Of a DNA stretch of 64,000 bases, positions 49,883-64,000 are shown piece after piece. Below the pieces are notes generated by a model. It searched no databases and was not told the DNA's origin. It saw only the letters and a program-made list of their open reading frames with translations. The position numbers and the translations under genes were made by a program. Position 1 is the first letter of the stretch, and each line of letters opens with the position of its first letter. Source of the stretch: Tubulanus polymorphus (Eukaryota; Animalia; Nemertea); NCBI RefSeq assembly GCF_964204645.1, contig NC_134031.1, forward strand, positions 5,208,001 through 5,272,000, in the 5' to 3' direction.

Positions 49883-52800
49883 TCCATCGGGCCAGGTTTG
49901 TCAAAAACCACTCGTTAAACTCTTATTTCCCGCTTTAGCTCGGCTCGTATTTTCAATTCAGTGGTTTTATCGTTTATTTTAGATTGCAACAATTCGAGGA
50001 ATTCCTGGAAAGTGACGTCATCGACCTTAAACAATTGAGAAAAATGTGTTTCAAAGGTAGAAAGCCGTTCACTGTTTTACTTCCGGGTTCCGTTCCGGGG
50101 TCGTTCGTTTGTCAGTTGATTAATCGTACATTTTGCTTTCTAATTACACTAAACCGGGCCTATTAAGGCTATTTGTAGGTCTAGTAATCGACCTTCCATT
50201 TCTGTTTGCTGTTATTGTTCTTACCGTTGTTGGTGGGGTGAATCCCCAACACATATATGATTAAATCCCATGACAGCAACACAACAACAAGTTAACAACG
50301 GGACCTGCCACAAATTTTTTGACCTCACAACCCTGAGTACCATAAGTGCCTATAAGATTTGTTATTCATAGTACCTTGTATATTTGAATAAAAACGTGTG
50401 CGTTAATGTTACATTGTGCATTTCAATAAGACCTAGGCCTACTAGGTATCAATTGTTAAATTCACTTCTAAGCCTGTGAGGATATCTTTCTCGAATGTAA
50501 TAATATCTTTCTAAAATGCTTAAAGTTCTTGGATGAATTATAGTTAACGCTTTTATAGCACTTAACTCTGGTTAGATGTTATTTTGAACTATTATGTAGG
50601 TTGTCCATTTGAAACGAGCAGCTCAAGATCTCTTAGTTGGAAGGTATGTTTCAAACTAGATTTTATCTTTCAAAAAAGATTTCGAATTTGATTTCTTCAC
50701 TATAGTATTCTTTCGATGAATTTCATCACGGGTATTTCACGAAAAATCGTATTCTTTTATTTTTTTGCAGCTATTGTTGAATTATTTGCCGAGAAAAAGA
50801 GCTGACTGGGAGGAGGTGCTAGCAAAAGAAAGGTTGGTCTGTTTTAAAACCCTGGTTGAAATTTTTACCATATATAACTGTTTATACAATGTCACTCTCC
50901 CAGGAGCCATCCTGTTACAAAATGCATGTAGTAGCATGTAGTAAATGTCATGATTTTACTGCCAGGTTGAAAACCGGATTTGATCCAAATTTCTGGGGTC
51001 TTTTTGAGACAAAATAATGAGACAAAAATGGAGTTACACACATAGGCCTACAACGAAAACTCAATTGAATAATATCTTTGAAACTGACGTTCAATGGAGA
51101 TTGCAATACTCATGAGTATAAAACATTAATTTGTCAACATGTCTAGACATATTTTCTCGGGGTTTGAAGTATGATGATTTTAAGCTATGAGCCCAGAGTC
51201 TGGAGGTGCACATTATTGCGGAAAAAGGGATGCATATCGACCTTGTATTTACCAGAGTATTGAAAATATCTACCTCAACATGCCGTTGATCCACTTGAGC
51301 TGTATTGAGCTCATAGGAATAAGCCCTAAAATCAATGAATTAGATTTTTTGATGGTTCATAAGTTGAAACTACTACGATGTTTTATGGTATTCATTTTTA
51401 GGAACGCGTACAAGCAATTTATTGATGAAATGATCGTAAAGCCGGGTTCAAAAGGTTACGGCAGTAATCGTATTGATGTCACTCTCAGCGACCATGTAAG
51501 TCACTTGTCAGTTTGCCGAATAACAAATCCCGTGCAGGTTTTAAAAATCAAACTAAAAAGAGGTTTAGAATTTAAGGCATCACTTTGAATTTTCCTGATT
51601 GAATAAATACAAGACGGATAGTCCTTTATAGGTAAACTCGTTTATTAGAAGCACTTAGGTCAATATTCATCCTTCTTTATGAGCGCATCTAATATACTAG
51701 TTAAACTATAAAGTACTATATGTCTTGTATTCATTCTACACCAGGTGTTAACTCGGCCCCTTCACAAATTTGATAATAATAATAATAATTGACATTTATA
51801 TAGCGCAGGTATCCAAACTTGAGTCTTGTTCAAATGCGCTCCAAACTTGGTATTATTACCCCCAGCCTATAACTCTATTCCATGTATCAGTCATCTCTCT
51901 GCTAGCAGCTGCTAGATTCCTGATTGACAACATGAAATTACCAAAAAAAATTAAACCAAAAATTTGAGGTCAACTTTTTCTTGAAACTAAGCCCAGACTA
52001 GAAGTCTCCGACGGTCTGACAGTAACATCGAATTGTCGGCTTATTTTCAGCCTCTGAATCCGAACCCGGAGAGCGAGTGGAGCACGTATTTCGCCGACAA
52101 CGAAATGCTCGTTCAGGTCGACAAAGATTGCCGACGCCTTTGTCCCGATTTGTCGTTCTTCCAGCAAGCGTCGGACTATCCGTGTAAAGAGCTTAACGAT
52201 CACACGGCGCGAGTCGAAACGCTACAAAAACGAGTCGAGAACTCGGTCCTGAAATCGGAGACCGTGTCTCGCAATCGACACGGAATTACAAACGTAAGCA
52301 GTCAAATTGTCGTATTTTATTTTTTGGGTCAGATGCTTGTTCTTAAAACAAGATTCAACTGATGGTCTGTATATCAGCAGACTCTGTTTGATTCCGATCA
52401 TGTCAGACCAATGAAATGTATTCAGTTTATGAAAAATCTGGACTGAATATATTTTACATACGTTTATGTATAGCTGGGCGGTAAATGATGTGCAGATTAG
52501 GTGAAAATCAAAATTAAATGAAAAAAAATTAGCAGGTTTTACTGTACAACTCTAAATAAGCTATGCATATCAGTTGGAGTGGGCCCCCAGAAATGCTTGA
52601 TTTACCATTTTAAAGCAAACTAGTACATTCGCGTAATAAATAATTGACTGTGAATATGACATGACTTGTAGCAGTCTTCATTTGCCATGGTTCCGATTTT
52701 TAACCTAGAATTTAGAATTTTCCTTCTCCAATTCACCTGATCCGATCTTCGCTCTGTGCCCCAGAATTCGCTCGCTGAAACAATTTGTTGGTCACAAGCA

Positions 52801-55800
52801 ATCAGACCACCAAGCACAGTCTACTGTCACTGTGTTTGTACATCATTTATATTACGATTCTCGACATTTGTATACATTGTAATGGTCCTGTAGACTCACT
52901 GTTGTCCTTGAGGCATTAGAATGCGCTTCACGCATTATGAACACTAGTGTGTATGAAACCTGCTATGCCTCTCGGTGCGTGAGCCAGGTAGTCAGGTCAG
53001 TTGTTGCATGTAAGTTGTGCTACTAGCCTAATAAATAGCCTAATAAATATATTAAGATTTAGTTATATGGAGAATTTGTCTTGTCGTCCAATCGTTTGAT
53101 TTGCCATTGTTCTGGTGTCTCGGGGATATTTCTTACCCTGTCACCCTTTGCATAACAACATGTTAAAAAGAAACCACACAGGGACATTGGACGAATTAAT
53201 AGCTTCCTTAGTATGGACCGAATTGCAAATGCTCTATTTTTCCAGATGTTACCTACAAGAAGACGCACAAGCACAGACGACTTCCTCAAATTACCGCCGG
53301 GTCAAGAAGCGCATTGGGAAGTATGCGAAAGAATCCTTTTCATTTATGCAAAACTGAATCCCGGACAAGGATACGTACAGGTACGAAACACTTTCGCTCC
53401 CTAAACCCATAAGCACTCAGGAATTTCACTATGCAGTGTCTATTACTCCTCAAAAATTCAAGGGAAAATCTATATTCATCACGATACAGAATCAGCTCAT
53501 TTCCAGTTGATTTTCATGTATTACAAGTGTGTGATATTTTGTTGAAAACGCACAATGCTTTCATATGATATGAAAAGTGGGCCACCAAAATCCTGACCTT
53601 TTGCCCCCAGAAATTCATCCAGACATGTTTGGATATAAGTGCGCGCTCGGATCTTTCGCGTTCATACTCCAATACTGAAATGTCTTTTAATTCGTAGATT
53701 CAATTTTATTTCTCCTTTTTGCAGGGGATGAACGAAATTCTAGGCCCTATTTACTACGTTTTTGCGACAGACCCCTGTGAAGATAACAAAGGTACTGGTA
53801 TACACATGTATTTCCAGAACGGATGTACCACTCCCATCAACGAATACGACTGATGCCAACTTTCTATAATGTTGCAGTTTATTTTCGTCAACATTTCCAA
53901 TCTTGCCTATAGTAGATGCCTCCTTACTCCGTGAATGGCACAAGTTGGTATTTAAATTTTACTAAAATTCATCCGGTAAATCCTTCAATTCCCACTCAAC
54001 TCAGTGAACTACCGGTATTTACAAACCGAATGCTACTAAGTTAGGAGAAATTTAAACAGTATTTAGTTCATCGTCAGGAAAAGACAAATTTGTGGATTGT
54101 TGGTTATCAGTAAAGGCGAATAAACGTACTCTTATGAATGTACAAATGTGGATGAAGAATCTACTGGGATCTTCCATTACATTCATAAAAGGGGGTCGCA
54201 GAGGGTGGTTCTAGGCAACAGTACCAACGAACGCAAATTCATGTCGAAAAATTTATAAATGAAAATAAAAATGTAATAATGTATTCCGTTTGCAGCTCAT
54301 GCCGAGGCAGACGCCTTCTTCTGTTTTACTAATCTAATGGGTGAAATCAGGGACAATTTCATCAAATCGCTTGATGATTCTGAGCATGGAATCGGTGAGT
54401 ATGATTGTTACGAAAACCGACATAATGAAACCATCCCCCTCGTTGATTCAAATGTTGAATGCGTTTATGGTCTCGTGCAGGTAATTTGATGAAAAGTTTG
54501 ATGGCTTTACTAAAGGAGAAAGACTCTAGGCTGTGGAGTAGACTTGAAATGAATAATTTGAAACCCGAATTCTATGCATTCCGTTGGCTAACTTTACTGC
54601 TGTCTCAGGAATTCCAGCTACCAGGTAATTAAATCATTGAAACGTAACAATTATATTGTTAATTCTTTCAGTGCGTCTACAGTGCATGGTGGTGTAAAAA
54701 TCGGTAATGGGCAAGTACACCGCATCATGGTGTATTGATGTTATTAGTAATTAATTTTTATCTCGTTTGAAAGATGGCAGCACCTAGCAAGTATAGTAGA
54801 ATTTTAGGAACTAATGATACACCGTACTGTGGTGTAAATGCACTATAGCACTATGCCCATAATACAACACACTGGGGTGGCTTTTCAAAATTTTCAACTC
54901 ATCTCCAGCCCTTCAGGGTATTGCTCAGCACTGAAAGGGTTAAGATATGATGATTAGATAAGATGAGAGCGGAGTTGGTCAGTTATTACTGCCTGCCCCA
55001 CATATCGGTACTTTGTGAATAGTTCCTCAATGATAATATTTCAAGTGGCTCCAACTTATAGTTGAGAAATGAAGCTTTGAATATACAGTATTCAGTGAGT
55101 TTATGGGTTAAACGTATTTGCCTTTTTCTCCGGACTGTTCGAGGAACCTAAATCTCGATTTCAAAATTAGTAAAATTGTTCTTTTCAGATGTATTACGTT
55201 TGTGGGATTCGTTATTTTCGGACGAAGGTCGTTTTCAGTTCCTTATATACGTGTGCTGCGCTATGTTAATGTGAGTATTTGACATTTATTTTTGCTTAGT
55301 TCCTCGTCGAAATGAAATGCGAGTAAAATTCAGACACAATCGCTCTACGTTCTTACGATTTCAGTTTAATTCGACAAGAGATGTTCGATGCTGATTTTTC
55401 GATGATGATGAAGCTTTTACAGGTAACCCTCTTCTAATGTGGGCGTTTCGAAAAAGATCGGTTTTAAGCCGACTTCAGAATTTCTCTTGCAATTATGATA
55501 ACATACTATACTTTGATAAATCTCATCACTATTCTCCAACCGTGCACGCAAGGTTGGAGGTTCTGTGGTCGAATGGTTAAAGCCATCAGTCTTTGCTTTG
55601 GTCTGTAGCAATGGGACCGTAAATACTTCGCAGTTGAGAATCAGAAAAATAGAGGGTTTTCCTATTAGATTTTAGTAACATTCACTGACTTCAGCAGCTA
55701 AAAAAGTTGGGTTACCGACCGAGTTAGGCAGGGTCTGGTGCATTTAACATTGTCACAGCCTAAAATGCTTAGCTTTTATCTTTCAATATTTTAGAACTAC

Positions 55801-55860
55801 CCGCTGAGTGATGTCCAACTGATAGTCAACAAAGCCGCCGAATTACGAGGTGACAGTTAA
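49876..55860 (+). CDS. TBC1D13: TBC1 domain family member 13 (Rab GTPase-activating protein), 395 aa
   Basis: Exons 49876..49895, 49983..50056, 50600..50643, 50771..50832, 51402..51495, 52051..52293, 53246..53380, 53725..53791, 54296..54394, 54481..54624, 55189..55270, 55365..55422, 55795..55860 = 1188 nt, all GT-AG and in frame. TBC catalytic fingers VDKDCRR and YVQGMNE. TBC1D13-typical DHPLNPNP, RRLCPDLSFFQ, EAHWEVCERILFIYAKLNPG, HAEADAFFCFTNLM and AFRWLTLLLSQEF. Confidence 0.97.
51771..51850 (-). mobile_element. L2-type LINE/SINE 3' tail in TBC1D13 intron 5
   Basis: Minus strand AGCGCATTTGAAC...GCGCTATATAAATGTCAA followed by a TTA repeat. A similar AAT-rich tail lies at 49132-49215. Confidence 0.5.
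54663..54939. mobile_element. piggyBac-type MITE in TBC1D13 intron 10
   Basis: TTAA-TTCTTTCAGTGC ... GCACTGAAAGGG-TTAA, with TTAA at both ends and internal GGTGTA/TACACC repeats. Confidence 0.7.
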
Positions 55861-56410
55861 TGATTGCAGCGATCTAGTCTTTTCGTATAGAATGTTCTAT
55901 ATTGTTATCGCGTACCGCCGAATCTACGAAAAATAATGCAGTTCTCAAGAGTCGCGGTGTATCAGAGTTTTATCGACTACCGTAAATGCAGGCTGTGATT
56001 AAAATAATGGTTTTTTTCGCGCGGATATTTTCCTGGCTGAAAAAAATGTATTTTTCAGTTGTTTCGTCAAGAAACGACTTCATCCGTCGAAAGCATTCTC
56101 GATTTGGAGTAAAACACGAGCCAGTTTCACCGATGAGTTCGACAAAGTTTCGATTTAGTTACACGACCGCGCCTTACTCGGTAGTGTTGGGTGCGTAAAT
56201 TTTTCACCAGAGTTGAGAATCAGGGAAATAGGTAATCATTAAATTCACCGAGTAAAGCACAGTCTATTTTCGTACTTACTTCATCGTTTTAAGCTTAGAA
56301 CCGGCCTTTATAAGATAAAGAATGCTGCGTTTTGCATATTGGAAATCATAAAATTAAAAAGATAAATGGCCATAATTTTAGCGCAAATGTTTTTAAAGAA
56401 AATCACTCTC

Positions 56411-56532
56411 CACAGGGGCCTGACACAAAAAGTTTTTGACCCTGAGTATCCTAGGTACTATATATAAAAAGTCTTTTAATATACTGTACCTTGGATACTG
56501 GGGTCAAAAACCTTTTGTGTCAGGCCCCTGTG
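56411..56532. mobile_element. Near-perfect 122-bp fold-back MITE in the probable TBC1D13 3' UTR
   Basis: CACAGGGGCCTGACACAAAAAGTTTTTGACCCTGAGTATCC ... GGATACTGGGGTCAAAAACCTTTTGTGTCAGGCCCCTGTG. Confidence 0.8.
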
Positions 56533-56936
56533 TTACTGTCAGCTTTGCCACACTATAGCCGTATGTATACATCAGTATGAAATGCGTGTCGAAATTATAC
56601 ACACACGCACACACATAGCTGCCTTGTGGATGAAGTATTTTCAATCGAAAAAAAAAAACAATATACATGTATATATCTGCAGTGTCAAAAACACTCGTCA
56701 TATCAATATCTAATTCGCGCGTGGTACCTGCGTGCATATTGTTACGTTTTTATCCTCTAAATGGACGATTCATTTATCATATTAAAATCTATACTCGGGG
56801 CATAAATAGTCAATATTATAGGTGTCATAATAAACCATCTTACAGGCCGCCAGTTTTTGTTCGGCTAATTAAGTCCTGCATTGTTAGTTAGGTCATCTTT
56901 ACCTCTAATTGCGAGATGCGTGTGTTTATGAAACAA

Positions 56937-57090
56937 CAGTAGACTCCGCTCGAGTCAGATCCGATCAACTCGGATGTTTACTGAAATATTTTTTGTGACA
57001 TTAAGAAAGAAATCCAACTCGGATACCGCTCAAGTCAGACACATTTTTACGGCCCTAAAACAAAAGATCCAACTTGAGCGGAGTCTGCTG
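56937..57090. mobile_element. Tc1/mariner-type MITE downstream of the TBC1D13 stop
   Basis: TIRs CAGTAGACTCCGCTCGAGTCAGATC / GATCCAACTTGAGCGGAGTCTGCTG. Confidence 0.7.
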
Positions 57091-59502
57091 TATTTCGTCG
57101 GTCCTTTGATGGATTTCGACAACTTTGGCAACGTTATAACTGTGTGAATCTCTTAGTTTTCAGTACAGTGTACGTAAAATTCATTCCGCAAACTTGCAAC
57201 CGTAAAATTATTTATTGAGAAACGGTTTATACAGCATATTTAGTAACCAGACTTCGGTTAAGATTTTCACGAACTCCATGCCTAGCCCATCACGGACGTT
57301 TTAACTGGTGTTTATAGTATATACGTCCATGATGCAATACATACAAGATTATGTTACGAAGTTGTTAAACAGTAGCTCGTGTGTTTGCTTAACCTCGAGG
57401 GAAATCACGCTTTAAGGCGCACAAGTTGTTTATTTCATCTACCGTATATGTGATTAAAATTCTAACGCACACGAAATAGGTAACCCCGAAGGAATCCCCA
57501 TTCTCATCAACGCGCATTGAACCTGTATCACTATGATGGATGATAATCTTGGGTGGGCGGAGCCTGGTCTAATGGAGAATGGGACTAAATTGATACGATT
57601 GAGAGTAATTGATATGTACCTATCGCTAAGATAGATGATGATCTTAGGTGGGTGGAGACCGCAGTCTCGTGGGTTCTTGTTGGTGAGGTATTCTGGCAAT
57701 TCTCAACGTGTCAAATGGCAGTGGTTTAGCTGCGCACGGTAGGCCTGACCGACCCGTTATCCAAAAAAGCTACCGCCATCGATTATTGGGTTAGGTTACT
57801 ACGTTTAATTAGCAAATGAGAAATTGATATCGGCCAGTCCAGATGGGGTATATCGGTGCCTGTTATTTTCCCCAGGCTAGCGCATTCTTTTCCGATTATG
57901 CATATTCAGAGTTTGGCTTCGGAGTACTCTTACGTGTAGTATAAATGATCAGATGTATGAATGTTCGTTTCAAAATGAAATTCTGTAGTCATTCTACCGG
58001 CTGATGCCATAGCTTATATTCGGGGTGTAATTAAGCAGAAATTAAGTTCATGGACAATTAGCTGTTTGGCATATCTTAGATGAACTGGGACACGACGAAT
58101 CTGAATTAAGACTTTTATAGTCATTCCTATATTGATGATTGTGTACGAGTGAATTCTCTATTCAGGGACGTCGTAGAAATACACGCACGACGAAATATTA
58201 GGGTACAACCACCCGGGGTCTGTTTCACAGAACGACTCCTAGCTGCGTTGTCCATCAAACCACGTTCTGTGGTCCCGGACTGCTTGGGCACTTCGAACTG
58301 TGGCGGATTTGTGGATACGCGTGTACAGTCCGCTAGACGGCGAGGTAGTGCATCGTGTTAGTCGTTATTGCCGAGAAATGAAGGATCCCACCGTAGTTTA
58401 CATATAAGATAGTTGCTTGAAAGTAGTTGGTAAGGCCTTTCGGACCAAATACAACTGGTCAAGTTTCATTTTCAAATAAAACTAGCTTGATCTCCCTTAC
58501 AAACCCACCACACCTGCCGGCAACGAATCGGGGGGCTTGAAAACTAGCTTCACGAGAGTTCTCGTCCACAAAAAGTGTTGAATGCGATATTGCCATTTAG
58601 GCGCGTGGATTGTGGAGTTTTCTTATCGGTTTTCAGTCGCAGTTACTTGCATTCAGACGGGATAAGCTTATACACGTTTTCACATTTTTTTCATTTTGAA
58701 TATTTTCGATCACTTGTTTTTTTTCTCTGAATTGATTATTTTTTTCTCGGAAAAATATGGAAATAAACGTACAATATTATTTTGTAGATAGTTAATTTCA
58801 GATTTTAAACTTCAGTGGCTGATGATTTTGCTGTTGGTCACAGAGTATATTGATTCAACGGTCCAATGTGTTCGAATGATAGGTCTTGATTTTTACACAA
58901 TTCACAAAAAATGTCTTGAATTTATCCACGTTACAGTTCCGTTTGGTTTAATTGTACTAGTTAGGTGTTAGATTTTTATATTTATTTCATCATGGTGCTA
59001 TTCTACACATTATCAAGGTCACGGCGTAAAAAACTGATATTTCACCAGTCGCCAAAAAAAAATCTAAACGGGTTCGAATCCCAATATAACTGGTATTGAA
59101 TTTTTTTAAATGCGGATTAGGTGTCCATCAGAGTATTGAGAGTTTTGAAGAGTCGTTTAGAAGTATCAGTTTTTCTATGCTGTGTGTATATATACATATA
59201 TATTTTGGCTGGTGTAAATATGATATATTGCCTGGTGTATGTTTGAATGTAATAATGTATATAATGTTAATCTTATACATCAAAACGAATGGCTGGAATC
59301 TAAAATGAAATACAGGTAATTAAATTTTTTTGATAAAATAAAAATCATTTCCAATGGTAGTCGACGGTGTTTGCCTGGTTTCCTTCGAAATTCTCGGTTT
59401 ACTAGTCACAACCTAATACACAAGTGGAACTAAACTTCATCTCACGATAATATCGCACCCCATCGCCCTCCCCCGATAAACCATCCCCCGCCAGACACCA
59501 GG

Positions 59503-59609
59503 GAAAGTTTCATAGACTGGTATAACCATTAACCCAGGCGTTAACTCAATTGAAATGTCATTTAGTTAACCCTGAGTTAAAGATAGTACCAGTCTATGAA
59601 ACCGGGCCC
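59503..59609. mobile_element. Palindromic MITE (second copy at about 21100-21200)
   Basis: GTTTCATAGACTGGTA ... TACCAGTCTATGAAAC, with central GTTAACTCAATT shared with the 21100 copy. Confidence 0.6.
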
Positions 59610-59674
59610 ATGGTTTTTTTCTGAGAACTGCTGATTCTAACGCACGAGAAATACTCGTATTTAATCTTAGCAGA

Positions 59675-59740
59675 AGTCAACCCCGATATATAGCCATACT
59701 CTCTATTACGACGATATGGGCGCTATATCGGGGGTTGACT
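59675..59740. mobile_element. Short fold-back MITE
   Basis: AGTCAACCCCGATATA ... TATATCGGGGGTTGACT. Confidence 0.55.
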
Positions 59741-62700
59741 GTCACAACAATTTCAACCCATAGGAAAGGTTAGATTAACTTCTAGAATTTCAACTAACTA
59801 TCGATATGGCATTTCGCCGGCCCGATTCCGGAAAATCCGGCCGTTGTCACGAGTTTCTGCCGCATTTCCGACGGCAAGACGTTGCTTGGGCCATCGCAGA
59901 GCTAGATATCGAATTTCGCCACGAGCGTTTGGTTTTGCGCGGGATAAGATGCCCTCCGAGGCGCCTATCTATCACCGAGCGCGGCTTTGTACATAATTTG
60001 TTCAATCATCGTGTTTAATTGCATTTGTCGGTACACAAAACTACGTTTTGTCGTTAATTCCTTGTTAAGCCGTCTCTTCAGTTGTCGCTCAAGTGGCCGC
60101 AATTTGTCGTCGATTGTGCGCGCCGATCGTCTGCAACCGTGCGGCCATTGTTCACTTCCGGTGACGACTGTTCATACGCAGCGTTCCAAGAGCACCAAGA
60201 GCGCTCGACTGATCTTCACGCGCCCAGTTCGATACGCGATTCCACTGTGTTTAATGCTCTAACGATTCCATAAGAAGCACAACACGAACCATACAGCGTT
60301 TAATTCAATTACGGACCCGAATTGTCGGAACGTATCTGGAAGAACCTTTCGATTTTTGGACATCGTCGCGTCCGTTACGGAACAATCTCCATCGATTTTA
60401 GATGGGGCATAAGCCGCTGTCGCAACTCAATGGAATATATTAAGGGATGGGCATTCTGTAACAGGCGCGGTTCCAGGCATTTAGATTAGTGGGCCCAAAA
60501 CGTCCTAGGCCTAGTTGTATATATGTACATCAATGTATATACATGAAGAGCGAGCGCCGTAGGAGAATTTGGGGTCCAAGAATATTTTGTAAAAAGTGGA
60601 TCATTTTCTGAGCATAGAGAGTGATTCTTAAACAAAATTACTTCGCAATACATAATGTTAGCTTGGCAAAAATATATTCTAAATTTCGATGCTAAGTTCA
60701 ATTTGTAATAGCAATAATTTCCATCCCACAGTCTGCCAACTACAAATCTATCGAATATTACAACTCGATGATGATGGCTTAGCTTCATTGATTAAGCATT
60801 TATATGCTCAGGAGTGCTCAGGACTGGTTTTAGCAATAACCTTGAACTGAAGTTAAAAACTAATCTAAAAAACAGCAACCTCTTGTTAGTAGTTCTATCA
60901 AATCTTGTAATAATCGTCGTCAAAGTGATTATTACTCCAATGACAAATACGATAGCAAATTTGTTGAAAATTCGTAGCGCAATAAATTCGCTACATCGCG
61001 TACTAGACAACTATTTGCAGTGACGTTCGAGAAATGTCGGCGAGATGAACCTTAAGGGTTTGACAAACCACTGAAGTCACAGGGCAATATCCACGAGCAG
61101 TTTCATATTGAATACTAAACAAGCCCGCAGTATTTAACACGTAATGCACACACCCTTGAACCGCCGAGACGAGTTTGTTTTACGGGCATTTTCATATCGC
61201 TTCCTGTTAATAAACGCCCTTGAGTCGTCGCTAGACACGTGTTTACTAACTCTAAGCCGAAACTATCAACATATTTTACGTCTGCGACGAGGGCCCTACA
61301 GTCGGTCGGTATGTCCATACCCGCGTGCCGATGCCGCCCGCGGCTGTGTGCCGGCGCTCTTACCCCGGACGCCGACCAAACAGTATTATTTCGCGTCTGA
61401 TAACCGGCCGAATTCCGCACAGTTTTCGATCGGCATTCCGACGTCTCACCGAAGAATGTATAACTGGGAAACTGTACTCGCAGTCAAAAAGGTTACATAT
61501 GTCGAGAGAGAGGGAGGTGTCAAATTTGAAAATAAATCGTATTATAAATTTCAGAAATCCCTAATTTCAAATACCATCGTTATGATAAACAATCAATAGA
61601 ATCGTCACATCGGACTATGTTTAACCATGTGTTATGGAGGACGTGCGTTTAATTCCACTGTTCCACTGCGCGTAATTCCTTCATTTCCCCAATCGCACAC
61701 ATGGTCTCTGAAAACGTTTTAGAGTCCTCATTTCAATAGAAATCAGAAACGAGATTCTACAAAGATTACTACGATTTTACAAAAATGAATATGCAAATAT
61801 ATCGATCTAAACCATGGACTCTAAAACGAGTGAAATCCATTTCCTCGGTTTTAGAGTGTCTGAACCAAGTACAGTGTATATAGTTCTTCGATTTGCCATG
61901 GTTCTATATCTTCGTCTTATCCATGCTATTGGATAGCCAAACGAACAAATCGATTGAAAGCGGATTTATGATCATAAACCCTGAAAATCTAACTGAATTA
62001 CCAATGTTCGGTCAATTTTTTTCAATTCATTGATTGTGGCCAGGCATATACTTCGAAGTAGAAATAAACGCGTTCGGGGGTCTGGTCAGGTGGCACAGTC
62101 CGGTCATGGCCGGCGATCTTATTGCGCTCAATTAACTAATTAACCACAACGGGGATCGTTGACAAAATTGCCCACACAAATCAATTAGGAGATGTCAAAC
62201 GACGTGCCTTACAAGGAGGATTTCGTTGTTTCCTATAATTGCGATGAATTATAACACTCGAAAAACACACGGAAACCACTCGGTTGTCAACCGCCATTTT
62301 GCTTTGTTTTCACTTGTTATTTTCCAAAATGCCGATCCCGTTTTGAGATAAACGCAATCATCATAAATCGCTTGGAATATGTCGAACAATTAGATATTAA
62401 TACATACGCAATGTATACGACTATCTGAAAGCCTCGAAATTGATTTGAGATTTTTTGAAAAATGCCCACCGAAAGCCATGTTCATTTGCAATCGAAATCG
62501 TACCCATTTCTAAAGAGAGTTTATTAACAAAACCGTTGAATTTGTAAGTGGATTATCATCAGAACGTCTTCATTTGTTGTTGATCTATTAAAAAGATAAT
62601 TGTTAACAAAAAAGGGTCAAATCATGTACATTATTAACATATAGATACATTGATAATAGAGTAGCTGGAGGTGAGAATGTATTTTTTGCATCTGGGAGAA

Positions 62701-64000
62701 TATTTGCTGGTTGAAAGGAATTGCAAAATTTCGGACTCGGTTTTTCTTTTTCTATACTGTGAAATTTCATGGTATCATCGTGGCCCTATTCTTTCATAAA
62801 TTGTTTCAAAATCCGTTGCACTAGCCCTCCTCAGAAAGAGCAGCCAGAATCATCTCGATGGCGATTCTAACACTTAGGACAAACGAATATGATGCCTATT
62901 GATGAAAACGTTCATATGGAAACAACACGAATATTTTGACGATCATCCAATTAATAATCATAAATGAGACCAATTTAGTAAATTCATTCACACTGGTCTT
63001 TATGATAGCACCTCGTATAGCAGTCCGTTCCCGTCATTTGGTATCCAAGCCTCAGACGGGTTTTGTTTCATAATTTGATAATCGCCACTATGACTTGGTG
63101 TGAAGGGAAAGACAATGCGATGATTGCCGTTATTCACTTGTACAGAAGTTCCGCTATTTTCCCCTTCGAATCTTACGAGCTACGAGGAATAGACCCCAGC
63201 CAGAATTTACCACTTACTCGGCGTCAGTAAACCTAATTTTATAATAATTCTCCAGAATTTAACTGAATATTAGTTAAGACACTTTGTGGGCTAACCATTG
63301 GTGAAACACTTTTCCGCGTTGTAACGCGCTGTATAGAAAGTCCAAAACCAATTCAACGGAAGATGAAGTCCGAAAAGTTTCCTTTAAAGCTATTCATTTA
63401 TTCATTCGACATTTCTACTATAACCTAATAATCATCTCTAGGAATACTGAGTGAAACAAAATATGATATTGTGGGTTGCTAATAAGAAATATCATTATTT
63501 GTACAGGACGCTTCCATACGTTTGCTATATCTTTTGTGGAGAATTTTGAATTACATTTAAGGTGAATTTTGTATTCCATTAATGGAATTTCATTTGAAAA
63601 TCGTGCAAGGTGCAATTCTTCAAGCTAATAAATCAGCCGAACTATCGAAATGAAGAGAGATTTTCCTTAGTTGTTGAAGTAAGACTTTTTTTTCGTACTT
63701 TAGATAAACGATTTATAGAACTGGTGACCCTGGGCTGGCTAAAAACAATATTGACAGTTATGAATTAAGTTTGGCAGTTGCCAATATTCGGCCCATCTCT
63801 GACACCATCACACAACGTTCGGTCAACCAAATAGGCGTTTCACACCGCGCACTGTCGGGGTGCGTTTATTTCACTAATTAAGGGGGTAATTATAAACAAT
63901 TATTCGGACAGGTGAATCATTGTTTTTGGTATCTACACACCCAGTTTTCGCCAGTTGAAAATTGGGAATTCTGCGCGGCCTCGAATACGTCACCCGTTGA

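Noticed and set aside
54600-54607. CTGTCTCA, an 8-mer miR-1994 site in TBC1D13 exon 10
   Set aside because: It lies in coding sequence constrained by LLSQ, and about one such 8-mer per strand is expected by chance in 64 kb.
57715-57779. TGGCAGTGGTTTAGCTG resembles miR-34
   Set aside because: Only a partial match; pairing is limited to the ends with an unpaired interior.
59806-61599. GC-rich patches with several 60-150-aa ORFs
   Set aside because: No recognisable motif or consistent exon chain; likely UTR, regulatory or repeat sequence.

Overview
AT-rich animal genomic DNA with spliced genes; the miR-1994 family implies a lophotrochozoan. There are no prokaryotic features, and most ORFs in the supplied track are spurious. 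I rebuilt three GT-AG genes by hand. (1) A 197-aa single-pass LDL-receptor class A protein with two PPxY motifs and no signal peptide (minus, 3107-4344). (2) A 701-aa SLC7/CAT cationic amino-acid transporter (minus, 7 coding exons, 19235-28446). (3) TBC1D13 Rab-GAP (plus, 13 exons, 49876-55860, 395 aa). The best non-coding signals are three tandem pre-miRNA hairpins carrying mature miR-1994 (14021-14427) and a dispersed family of Penelope-type terminal repeats with minimal hammerhead-ribozyme motifs, one with an apparently intact core (33489-33540). The rest is dense with short fold-back MITEs, tRNA-derived SINE heads, L2/CR1 LINE remnants and (TA)n microsatellites. All family assignments are from recalled sequences, not database searches.
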